64,000 bases of DNA from an uncultured Chloroflexia bacterium (GCA_963749705.1 CAVVNQ010000004.1:86454-150453), one strand, 5' to 3'; counted from the first letter of the stretch, positions 41,450-50,123 are shown. Translations and numbers: made by a program. Notes: generated by a model from the letters alone, not told the origin.

Positions 41450-42910
41450 ATGAGCGACCTCAGCGAGCGCGACATCCAGGACATCATCGAGCGCGTCAGG
41501 CGGCGGATCGACGCCGCCTCCGAGGGCCGGGTGGGCACGGCGCTGCGCGCCGAGGCCGAGCTGGCCGCCGCGCCCACCGAGCTGGGCGACGGGATCCACG
41601 CCACGATCGACGACGCGGTCGCGGCGGCCACCGGCGCGTTCCGCGAGTTCCAGTCCATGGGCCTCGACGGGCGGCGGGTGATCATCGAGGCGATCCGGCA
41701 GTCGATGCTCGACCACGCGGAGCAGCTCGCGCGGATGGCCCATCAGGAGACGCACCTCGGGCGGTACGAGGACAAGGTCGTCAAGAACCGCCTGGTGACG
41801 ATGAAGGCGGCGGGCCCCGAGGACCTCGAGGTCGAGGCGGTGTCCGGCAGCCTGGGCATGATGGTCACGGAGTGGGCGCCGTTCGGTGTCGTGGCCGCGA
41901 TCACGCCGGTCACCAACCCGACCTCCACGGTGATCAACAACACGATCAGCATCGTGTCCGCCGGCAACGCGGTCGTGTTCAACGCCCACCCCAACGCGAA
42001 ACGAAGCTCCGCGGAGACGATCCGCCTGATCAACCGCGCGATCGTCGGCGCCGGCGGCCCGTCGGACCTGGTGACCGCGATCGTGGAGCCGACGATCGAC
42101 AGCGCCCGGGCCCTGATGAGCCACCCCGGCGTCCGGGTGCTGCTGGTCACCGGTGGTCCGGGCGTCGTCCGCGAGGCGCTGCGGACCGACAAGCGGGCGA
42201 TCACGGCCGGCCCCGGCAACCCGCCCGCGGTGGTCGACCAGACGGCGGACGTCGAGCGCGCGGGCCGCGACATCGTGCGCGGCGCGTCGTTCGACAACAA
42301 CATCATCTGCACCGACGAGAAGGTCGTGCTGGTCGTGGACTCGGTCGCGGACCGGCTGATCCGCGCGATGACCCACAACGGCGCCTACCTGCTCAAGGAG
42401 CACGAGCTCCGACGCCTGGAGCGGGTGATCTTCCGGGAGCTCGGCGAGCCGGGCAAGCCCGGCGTCATCAACCCCGCCTGGATCGGCCGCGACGCCGCGA
42501 AGATCCTGGCCGAGATCGGGGTCAGCGTGGAGCCCGAGCCGCGGCTGCTGATCGCGGAGGTGCCGCGGGATCACAGCCTGGTGTGGACCGAGCAGATGAT
42601 GCCGGTGCTCCCCGTGGTGCGGGTCGGGACCGTCGACCAGGCGATCGACCTCGCCGTCCGAGCCGAGCATGGGTTCCGGCACACCGCGTCGATCCACTCG
42701 ACCAACGTGGACACGATCACGCGCATGGCCCGGGCCATGAACTGCAGCATCTTCGTGGCCAACGGACCCAACTTCGCGGGGCTGGGCGAGGGCGGCGAGG
42801 GGTTCTCGTCGTTCTCCATCGCCTCCCCCACCGGCGACGGCCTGACCCGGCCGCGGACCTTCTCGCGCGAGCGGCGGATCACCGTCGTCGGCGCGCTCCG
42901 GATCGTCTGA
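41450..42910 (+). CDS. CoA-acylating aldehyde dehydrogenase (PduP/EutE family) with an N-terminal encapsulation peptide
   Basis: ITPVTNPTSTVINN, catalytic FDNNIICTDEK and MAHQETHLG motifs; the N-terminal amphipathic DIQDIIERVRRRI matches a PduP-type encapsulation peptide. Confidence 0.85.
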   Translation: MSDLSERDIQDIIERVRRRIDAASEGRVGTALRAEAELAAAPTELGDGIHATIDDAVAAATGAFREFQSMGLDGRRVIIEAIRQSMLDHAEQLARMAHQETHLGRYEDKVVKNRLVTMKAAGPEDLEVEAVSGSLGMMVTEWAPFGVVAAITPVTNPTSTVINNTISIVSAGNAVVFNAHPNAKRSSAETIRLINRAIVGAGGPSDLVTAIVEPTIDSARALMSHPGVRVLLVTGGPGVVREALRTDKRAITAGPGNPPAVVDQTADVERAGRDIVRGASFDNNIICTDEKVVLVVDSVADRLIRAMTHNGAYLLKEHELRRLERVIFRELGEPGKPGVINPAWIGRDAAKILAEIGVSVEPEPRLLIAEVPRDHSLVWTEQMMPVLPVVRVGTVDQAIDLAVRAEHGFRHTASIHSTNVDTITRMARAMNCSIFVANGPNFAGLGEGGEGFSSFSIASPTGDGLTRPRTFSRERRITVVGALRIV

Positions 42911-42912
42911 CC

Positions 42913-43503
42913 ATGCAGCCGGCCATCGCCCTGCTCGAGCTCGACTCGATCGCCGTCGGGATCGAGACCGGCGATGCGATGGCCAAGCGCTCCCCCATCG
43001 ACGTCATCTACGCCGGGACCGTCCACCCCGGCAAGTACCTGGTGCTCGTGGGCGGGGCGGTCGCGGACGTCGAGGAGGCGCTCGAGGCCGGGCGCGCCGT
43101 CGGCGGACCATCGATCCTCGACGTCGTCCTGCTCCCGGACGTCCATCCCCAGGTGGTGGCCGCGATCCGCGGCACCCGGCGAGCATCTTCGGGCGAGGCA
43201 CTGGGGATCATCGAGACCCAGACGGTGGCCGCGATCATCGATGCGGCCGACGCCGGGGTGAAGGGCGCGCGGGTCCGGCTGCTCGAGCTTCGCCTCGCCG
43301 ACGGCATCGGCGGCAAGGCGTACCTGCTGTTCGGCGGCGGCGTAGCCGATGTCGAGGCGGCGGTCGAGCTTGGCCGCGACCGGATCGGCGCCGCCGCGCG
43401 CTCGATCTCCCGCGTGATCCCCCAGCTCCATGGCGAGATGCGCGTCAACCTCGAGGCCGACTCCCGGTTCCGCGACCGGATTGCCGCTCGAGAGGACGCC
43501 TGA
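42913..43503 (+). CDS. BMC-T shell protein, standard tandem BMC-domain type (PduT-like; no Cys for an Fe-S site)
   Basis: Two PF00936-like domains (IALLELDSIAVGIETGDAMAKRSPIDVI; ALGIIETQTVAAIIDAADAGVKGARVRLLEL). Confidence 0.75.
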   Translation: MQPAIALLELDSIAVGIETGDAMAKRSPIDVIYAGTVHPGKYLVLVGGAVADVEEALEAGRAVGGPSILDVVLLPDVHPQVVAAIRGTRRASSGEALGIIETQTVAAIIDAADAGVKGARVRLLELRLADGIGGKAYLLFGGGVADVEAAVELGRDRIGAAARSISRVIPQLHGEMRVNLEADSRFRDRIAAREDA

Positions 43504-43504
43504 G

Positions 43505-43885
43505 ATGCAGCTCGCGCGGGTCATCGGCACCGTCGTGGCGACGATCAAGTCGCCCGGGCTCGAGGGCGTCCCGCTGCTGATCGTGCAGCCGCTCGACCGG
43601 CGGCAGCAGGCCGAGGGGACGCCGGTCGTCGCCGCGGACGCGGTCCGGATGGCCGGACCCGGCGAGCTCGTGTACATCGTCGCCGCCCGCGAGGCGTCGC
43701 TCGCCCTGGACGAGCCGTTCGTACCGGTCGACCATGCGATCGTGGGCATCGTGGACGCGGTCGCCACCGATGGGGAGCGCGACCCACGCGGAACCGGCGA
43801 ACCACGCGGAGCGGGGGCGCCATCCGCCGGCCATCCCGCGACGCGCCGGAAGCGGGCGCCGTCACGCGGAAGGGGCACGCCATGA
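43505..43885 (+). CDS. BMC-P vertex protein, paralogue 2, with a basic Arg/Pro-rich C-terminal tail of about 40 aa
   Basis: MQLARVIGTVVATIKSPGLEGVPLLIVQPLD core; tail ATDGERDPRGTGEPRGAGAPSAGHPATRRKRAPSRGRGTP. Confidence 0.8.
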   Translation: MQLARVIGTVVATIKSPGLEGVPLLIVQPLDRRQQAEGTPVVAADAVRMAGPGELVYIVAAREASLALDEPFVPVDHAIVGIVDAVATDGERDPRGTGEPRGAGAPSAGHPATRRKRAPSRGRGTP

Positions 43886-44229
43886 AGCTCGCGCGGGTGG
43901 TCGCCACGGTCACCTCGACGATCAACGTGCCGCTGTTCGACGGCCGCAAGCTGCTGCTGTGCGACCTGCTCGATCCTGAGGGCGCCGACGCGGGCGGGTA
44001 CCTGATCGCCGTCGACACCGTGGGTGCCGGCCCGGGCGAGACGGTGCTGCTCATGGACGAAGGGAACTCCGCGCGCCAGATCCTGGACGCGCGGGACGCG
44101 CCGGTCCGCACGCTGGTGGTGGGGATCGTCGACGCGGTGGAGCTCGCGAAGCCGGTGGGCGATGCGTCGACGGTGGCGCGGCGCACGCCCAACCGCGCTC
44201 GACCCGCACGCCGCCGCGCGGCCGAATGA
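43882..44229 (+). CDS. BMC-P vertex protein, paralogue 3
   Basis: MKLARVVATVTSTINVPLFDGRKLLLCDLLD...YLIAVDTVGAGPGE; ATGA overlap. Confidence 0.8.
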   Translation: MKLARVVATVTSTINVPLFDGRKLLLCDLLDPEGADAGGYLIAVDTVGAGPGETVLLMDEGNSARQILDARDAPVRTLVVGIVDAVELAKPVGDASTVARRTPNRARPARRRAAE

Positions 44230-44666
44230 CCCCGGACGACGGGGTCCCCCGGCGCGTCCGCCTTGCCGCCTACGCGTGGATCGAGGACGACGGGCGGGTG
44301 GTCCTGGTCCGTGTCGCCGCCGGGTCGCCGGGAGCCGGCGAGTGGACGCTGCCCGGGGGCGGGCTCCGGTTCGGGGAGGACCCGGTCGACGGCGTCGTCC
44401 GCGAGGTGGCCGAGGAGACCGGCCTGACGGTCAGGGTCGGCAGCCTCGTCGCGGTCCGATCGACCGTGCTCGAGCCCGGGGAGACGCCGAGCGGCGACCG
44501 AATCCACGCGGTCGGGCTCGTGTACCGGGCGAGCGCCGACGACGGCGAGCTTCGCCACGAGGCTGACGGATCCACCGACATGGCGGCGTGGATCTCGTTC
44601 GACGAGCTCGATGCGCTCGCGTCGGCGCGGCTGCTGCGCTGGGCGCGGAGCGTGGTTGGTCGATGA
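44226..44666 (+). CDS. NUDIX hydrolase
   Basis: Nudix box GGGLRFGEDPVDGVVREVAEETGL; ATGA overlap with the last BMC-P gene. Confidence 0.8.
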   Translation: MTPDDGVPRRVRLAAYAWIEDDGRVVLVRVAAGSPGAGEWTLPGGGLRFGEDPVDGVVREVAEETGLTVRVGSLVAVRSTVLEPGETPSGDRIHAVGLVYRASADDGELRHEADGSTDMAAWISFDELDALASARLLRWARSVVGR

Positions 44667-46558
44667 CCCGAACGACGCCCCCCTCCGCGCGCTACCCTGC
44701 CGCCATGTCGAACCTTCCGTTGTGGGAGCGCCGTTTCCGCGCGCCCGTCCTGTCCTTTCCGTCATGGTCAGCGGAGGCGCCGGACAGGATCGTGGTCGCC
44801 TCCACCGAGAGCGGGAGCTACCAGCTCCACACCTGGGACCGGGCCACCGGCCGTCGCCGGCAGGTCACCCGGGACCCCGTCGGGGTCACCGAGGGCCGGC
44901 CGACCCGCGATGGCACGGGGGTGATCTGGTTCCGCGACGACACGGGAGATGAGACAGGTACCTTCGTGATCGCCCCGTTCGACGAGGACGTCGCGCCCGA
45001 GCCGTTGATCGAAGGGTTGCCCAGGGGCTGGTCCGAGGGCCTCGCGATCGGCCGGACGCGCTCGGTCGCCGTGGTCAGCTCGATCGACGGGTTCTCGGTG
45101 TGGACCGCGGCCAACGGCTCGGCTGCGCGCCGGATCCACGCCCACCGGCAGCCGGTCCGGCTGGCCGGAGGCTGGGGCGTGATCGCGTCGGTGGACCGCA
45201 ACGCCCTGTCGGCCGACGACGCGGTCGTCGTGCTCGAGATCATGGAGGACGGCGACGTCCTGCACCCGTCGCTGCGGGCGATCGACGCCGACACCGGCGA
45301 GACCGTCCGCGACCTGCGGGATCCGGGGCTCGAGCTCGCGGGGTTCGGCTTCTCGCCCGTGCCCGGCGACCGCCGCATCGCGATCACGCACGAGCGGACC
45401 GGCGATCGGCGGCCGGCCCTGTGGGACACGGACAGCGGTGAGGTCATCGACCTCGACATCGACCTCGAGGGGCCGGTGGAGCCGGTCGGCTGGTGGCCGG
45501 ATGGCTCGGCGCTCCTCCTGCAGCAGCTCGTCGAGGGCCGCCACCGCCTCCATCGCTACGACCTGGCCGGCGGACGCGTCGAGGCCCTCGACACGGTGCT
45601 GGGCTCGATCACCGCCGCGGCCGTCCGGCCCGACGGCTCCGTGTGGTATCGCGTCCATGCCGGCGAGCATCCGGCGATGCTCCTGGCGGTGGGCTCGCCG
45701 ACGCCGCTCCTGGTCGCCGATGGAGCCCCGGCGCCGGCGGGCCGGCCGTTCGAATCCTGGTGGTTCGCCAATCCCGACGGGCAGCAAGTGCACGGCTTCC
45801 TCGTCCACCCCGAGGGGCCCGGGCCGCACCCCGTGATGATGCGCGTGCACGGTGGCCCGCAATCCACCGACATGGACCGGTGGGCGCCCGACATCCAGGC
45901 ACACGTGGACGCCGGCTTCCTGGTCGCGATGGTCAACTACCGTGGATCCGAGGGGTTCGGCCGGCAATGGCGCGATGCGCTCACCGGCAACGTCGGCTTC
46001 CTCGAGCTCGAGGACGTCCTTGCCGGGCTCGACGACCTCGTCGCCCGGGGCCTCGCGGACCCGTCTCGAGCGGTGCTCGCCGGCTGGTCATGGGGCGGGT
46101 ACATCACGCTGCTGGGCATGGGCCGCCACCCTGGGCGCTGGGTCGCCGGCATCGGCGGCGTGCCCGTGGCCGACTACATCGCGGCCTACGAGGACGAGGC
46201 TCCCACCCTGCAGGCGCTCGACCGTGCGCTGTTCGGCGGGTCGCCCGAGACGGTGCCGGACCTGTTCGTGGAGCGCAACCCGATCACGTACGCCGACGAT
46301 GTCCGCGCACCGCTGCTGATCCTCGCCGGCGAGAACGACAGCCGCTGCCCGATCCGCCAGGTGTGGAACTACGTCGAGCGGCTGCGCGCGCGTGGCGTCG
46401 AGCCGCAGGTGTACACGTACGCGACGGGACATGCGTCGTACGACATCGAGGAACGGGTCCGCCAGACGCGGATCGTGCTCGAGTTCCTGGCCAGGACCGT
46501 GCCGGGCGTGCGGCGGCTCGACGGGCTGGACGCTCCGCTGGAGGCGGCGCCGGCGTAG
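44663..46558 (+). CDS. S9-family serine peptidase (prolyl oligopeptidase / acylaminoacyl-peptidase-like; beta-propeller plus alpha/beta hydrolase)
   Basis: Catalytic GWSWGGY nucleophile elbow, C-terminal Asp and His regions, N-terminal propeller; ATGA overlap with the nudix stop. Confidence 0.8.
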   Translation: MTRTTPPSARYPAAMSNLPLWERRFRAPVLSFPSWSAEAPDRIVVASTESGSYQLHTWDRATGRRRQVTRDPVGVTEGRPTRDGTGVIWFRDDTGDETGTFVIAPFDEDVAPEPLIEGLPRGWSEGLAIGRTRSVAVVSSIDGFSVWTAANGSAARRIHAHRQPVRLAGGWGVIASVDRNALSADDAVVVLEIMEDGDVLHPSLRAIDADTGETVRDLRDPGLELAGFGFSPVPGDRRIAITHERTGDRRPALWDTDSGEVIDLDIDLEGPVEPVGWWPDGSALLLQQLVEGRHRLHRYDLAGGRVEALDTVLGSITAAAVRPDGSVWYRVHAGEHPAMLLAVGSPTPLLVADGAPAPAGRPFESWWFANPDGQQVHGFLVHPEGPGPHPVMMRVHGGPQSTDMDRWAPDIQAHVDAGFLVAMVNYRGSEGFGRQWRDALTGNVGFLELEDVLAGLDDLVARGLADPSRAVLAGWSWGGYITLLGMGRHPGRWVAGIGGVPVADYIAAYEDEAPTLQALDRALFGGSPETVPDLFVERNPITYADDVRAPLLILAGENDSRCPIRQVWNYVERLRARGVEPQVYTYATGHASYDIEERVRQTRIVLEFLARTVPGVRRLDGLDAPLEAAPA

Positions 46559-46758
46559 CGGGCCGCCGTATGCCCACCACGTTTAGCGAGCGCCAGAACC
46601 CGGCCGATCGGGCACGCGAGCACCGGGAACGACCCCACGACCCGTTCGCGACACGCTCACGGCGCTCGATTCGGCGGCACAGGAGTCCTTCGGGCGCCGC
46701 ATTTCCGGCCCGGTAAGCGTGGTACGCATGCGAGGGGCAGCCACCAAGCCGCCGCGCC

Positions 46759-47862
46759 TCAGTCGAACCGGAACCGGCCCTCGCGGCCGAGGCAGGGCTG
46801 TCCGCGCCCGTACCTGATCTCGCCCGCGGTGACGTCGGCGACACACCAGAACGCGGTGGTCGAGGTCTCCGCACCGTCGTCGTGGCGACAGATCGATGGC
46901 GTCGACGCGTGATCGGACAGGGCCGCGAGCAACGTGTCCGCCGTGATTGAACCCGCAGCCGGCCCTTCGCGGTCCGGGCCATCCAGCAGCTCCAGGGCGC
47001 GCCCCAGCCGAACCGCGGAGCGGCGCGCGTACGCCGGATCACCCTCATAGCGAAGCATCGGCTCGCACGCGTAGTGGTTCGTGTGTGCGAACGTCCCGCC
47101 GCGGGTCAACCCGCCCAGCTCGGCATCGGTGGCCGATCCCTCGACGTTGACGACGCGCCCGTCGCGGTGCGCGAGCACGGTGTTGTACGAGGACGCACGG
47201 TCGGGCCGCAGCGTCATCCGCACGGCCTCGTCGAGCGAGGTCGCGGTGAGCTGCTCGCGGACCATCAGCAGGCGCGGGACCCCGACCCGCTCATCGTTGG
47301 GTGACAGCTCGTTGCCGGTCAGCGACAGGCCGGCCGCGTTCCAGCCGACGCTGATCCAGGGGCCGATCCCGAGCGAGAACACGACCGGCTCCCCGGGCAC
47401 CCGCCACTCGATGGCGATGATCGAATCCTCCGAGGCCGGGGCCAGGTCGTTGTTGTGCGCGATCAACACGTGGCCGTCGGCGGTCGCCGGGGGCCCCGCA
47501 ACCAGGTCCGTGCAGCGGCCGTCCACGACCGCACCCGCGGTCGCCTGCGACGGACGGATCGACCAGATCTCCTCGATCGAGGCGGCGAACAGGGCGATCG
47601 GATCGACTCGCGCGCCGTCCGCAGCGCCGTCGATCTCGTCCACCAGCCATGGCGTCGCGCGGAGCGTCGCATCGCGGTACGCCGTCGCGAGCGCGAGCTG
47701 CTGGTCACGGGTCCGGCCGGCCGGTAGCTCGTCGTCGAAGGCGACCGCCTGCCGGAGGACCTCGGCGGTCGCCTCGCCGACCTGGCGGCCGACATCGCGA
47801 TGCGATCCGCGCACGCTAAGGAACGGGATGCCCGGGCTCATGAACGGGATGCCCGGGCTCAT
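46759..47862 (-). CDS. Peptidase C45 / acyl-CoA:6-aminopenicillanic-acid acyltransferase-family protein
   Basis: C45-like length and motifs (HNNDLAPASEDS, SYNTVLAHRDGRV); start set at the first in-frame ATG after the intergenic gap. The 5' end carries a 21-bp tandem repeat. Confidence 0.6.
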   Translation of the reverse strand: MSPGIPFMSPGIPFLSVRGSHRDVGRQVGEATAEVLRQAVAFDDELPAGRTRDQQLALATAYRDATLRATPWLVDEIDGAADGARVDPIALFAASIEEIWSIRPSQATAGAVVDGRCTDLVAGPPATADGHVLIAHNNDLAPASEDSIIAIEWRVPGEPVVFSLGIGPWISVGWNAAGLSLTGNELSPNDERVGVPRLLMVREQLTATSLDEAVRMTLRPDRASSYNTVLAHRDGRVVNVEGSATDAELGGLTRGGTFAHTNHYACEPMLRYEGDPAYARRSAVRLGRALELLDGPDREGPAAGSITADTLLAALSDHASTPSICRHDDGAETSTTAFWCVADVTAGEIRYGRGQPCLGREGRFRFD

Positions 47863-47877
47863 GAACGGGTGCCCGGC
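47821..47877. repeat. 21-bp tandem repeat (GAACGGGATGCCCGGGCTCAT, 2 perfect copies plus 1 degenerate) spanning the start-codon region of the C45 gene; encodes MSPGIPF-MSPGIPF
   Basis: Direct reading of the sequence; in-frame heptapeptide duplication. Confidence 0.7.
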
Positions 47878-47996
47878 TTGGCGCCGGTCGGCTGGATGGT
47901 CATTGGATCGCGACTGTACGCCGGTCGCCGGCCGGCCGCACCCGCGAACGGGGTCGCCCGGCCGTTCTGACCCGCCGGCGCCGAGCCAGACCGCCG

Positions 47997-50123
47997 TCAG
48001 GCGCCCGCGCGGTTCCTCGGCGCGGGCGGCAGGCGCCGCGCACCGTGGACCAGGAAGTGGACGAACCAGTCGCGGACCTGGACCAGGTTCTCGGCGCGGC
48101 GGAACGGCACCCCGCCGCGGGTCAGCTCGTGGGACTCCTCCGGGACGCGCATGAAGCGCACCGGCCGCCGCAGCGAGCGCAGGACGGTGAACAGGGCCTC
48201 GGCCTGGCCGATGGTCGTCCGGATGTCGCGCTCCGAGTGCTGGATCAGCAGCGGCGTGTGGATGTCGGGAGCCCGCGAGATCGGCGAGATCGAATCGAAG
48301 TACGCAGGGTCGTCCCATGGCCGGCGACCGAACTCGGTCCACGCCCACTCGGCGTTCGAGATGTCGCCGGTCAGGAACAGCATCCGCATGTCCGCGACCG
48401 AGCGGCAGGTGACCGCGGCACGGAAGCGGTTGGTCCGGCCCACGATCCAGTTCGTGAGGTAGCCGCCGTAGGAGCCGCCCGTGATGCCCAGGCGATCCGG
48501 GTCGGCGAGGCCGTCGGCGATCGCCTGGTCGACGCCGGCGAGCACGTCCGCCATCGGGCCATCGCCCCAGTCGCCGAGGTTCGCGCGGTTGAAGGCCTCG
48601 CCGTATCCCTCCGACCCGCGCGGGTTGGCGGCGAGCACCGAGACGCCGGCACCCGCGAGGATCTGCCACTCGAGGGTCGGCGCCCAGCCGTAGAGCGTGT
48701 GGGGACCGCCGTGGATCTCGAGTGCGAGAGGCTGCCGGCCCGCTCCGGCGGGCAGCAGCCAGCCCTGGATCTCGCGTCCGTCGCTCGTCCAGCGGCGCTC
48801 GACCGGGGCGACCCAGTCGATCTCCCCCGCGAGCACGGTGTTGAGGTTGCTCAGCGGCCGCGCACCGGCCGCGTGACCGCCGCCATGCAGGTCGTAGACG
48901 ACGACCTCGGGGAACGACACGGCCGTCGACCGCACGGCGACGATCGCGTCGCGGCCGGCGACCCGGCCATGATCCCAGCCCGACAGGTAGTGGTGATCCG
49001 TGGTCAGGCGCTCGGGTGCGGAACCACCGCCCACCGGGACGCGCCATGCCTCGACGCTGCCCTCGATCGGCGCCGTGAACAGGACGTGCTCGCCATCGGC
49101 CGAGACGGCAAGCCGCGAGCGTTCACCCATCGCGACGTCGCTGTTCATCCCGGCATCGGGCTTGAGCTCGCTCGTCGCCAGCAGGTCCTCGCCGCCGTTT
49201 CGGCCGGCATCCGCACCGTCGGCGGCGAACCGCCAGATCCCGGTCCGGTACTCGCCCCGCGGGAACCGGTCACCGAGCGCGACGATCGCCGACCCGTCGG
49301 GCAGCCATGCCGGCTCCCGGAACAGCGGGTCCGGGCCCCCGGCGATGGTGGTGACGGTCCCGGTGGCGACGTCGACCGCGTAGATCCCCGATCGGGACTC
49401 GACGTCCGGGTGCCGGCCGCGGTTGGCCGCGAACGCGATCCTGCTCCCATCGGGCGACCACGCCGGCGATTCGACCGACGTGCCTCCGACGACGAGCGGG
49501 CGTGCCGCTCCCGTTGCCACGTCGACCAGCCACAGGTGCGCGATGCGATCGTCGACGAAACCGACCCCGTTGGCCATGTAGTGGAGGCGGTCGATGTACC
49601 GGAAGTCGGACCGCGGCACGGCCCCCGGCGCGGGCTTGGGTGGCCGGCGCCGACGCCGCTTCTCCTCGTCCATCGTCGCCCCGACCGAGTAGGTCAGGAC
49701 CGCGATCATCCGGCCATCGGGCGACCACGAGAGCGCCTCGACACCGCGCGGCAGGTCCGTGAGCCGATGGGCCTCGCCGCCGTCGAGCGGGAGCAGGTGG
49801 ACCTGGAAGCAGTCGTCTCGATCCCTCGGGTCCTTCGGTCGGCCCGGCTCATCTTCGGCGAACAGTCGCCGGTCGCTGACGAAGGCCAGCGTGGTCCCGT
49901 CGGGCGAGAAGCGCGCCTGGCTGTCGTTCCGGGCGCCGATCGTGAGCCGGCGAGCGTCGCCCGAGCCGTCGGCCGGGGCCGCCCAGATCGCCGACCGATA
50001 CGCGTCACTGCCGGGCGCCGTCGTCCTGACGCTGAATGCGACCATCCGGCCGTCGGGCGACAGCCTGGGGTCGAATGGAATGCGGAGGCGGTACAGGTCC
50101 TCCGGGCGTGCGGGTCTGGGCAC
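47997..50123 (-). CDS. S9-family serine peptidase with an N-terminal TolB-like beta-propeller (second paralogue)
   Basis: GGSYGGYLTNWIV nucleophile motif, C-terminal HSERDIRT and His regions, propeller repeats with SPDG motifs. Confidence 0.8.
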   Translation of the reverse strand: MPRPARPEDLYRLRIPFDPRLSPDGRMVAFSVRTTAPGSDAYRSAIWAAPADGSGDARRLTIGARNDSQARFSPDGTTLAFVSDRRLFAEDEPGRPKDPRDRDDCFQVHLLPLDGGEAHRLTDLPRGVEALSWSPDGRMIAVLTYSVGATMDEEKRRRRRPPKPAPGAVPRSDFRYIDRLHYMANGVGFVDDRIAHLWLVDVATGAARPLVVGGTSVESPAWSPDGSRIAFAANRGRHPDVESRSGIYAVDVATGTVTTIAGGPDPLFREPAWLPDGSAIVALGDRFPRGEYRTGIWRFAADGADAGRNGGEDLLATSELKPDAGMNSDVAMGERSRLAVSADGEHVLFTAPIEGSVEAWRVPVGGGSAPERLTTDHHYLSGWDHGRVAGRDAIVAVRSTAVSFPEVVVYDLHGGGHAAGARPLSNLNTVLAGEIDWVAPVERRWTSDGREIQGWLLPAGAGRQPLALEIHGGPHTLYGWAPTLEWQILAGAGVSVLAANPRGSEGYGEAFNRANLGDWGDGPMADVLAGVDQAIADGLADPDRLGITGGSYGGYLTNWIVGRTNRFRAAVTCRSVADMRMLFLTGDISNAEWAWTEFGRRPWDDPAYFDSISPISRAPDIHTPLLIQHSERDIRTTIGQAEALFTVLRSLRRPVRFMRVPEESHELTRGGVPFRRAENLVQVRDWFVHFLVHGARRLPPAPRNRAGA

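Noticed and set aside
46947-47150. Small ORFs and intergenic stretches (46558-46759, 47862-47997, 17683-17853, 60737-61169) examined for tRNA or ncRNA genes
   Set aside because: No cloverleaf-compatible segments or conserved tRNA boxes were recognised by eye. tRNAscan or Infernal would be needed to be definitive.
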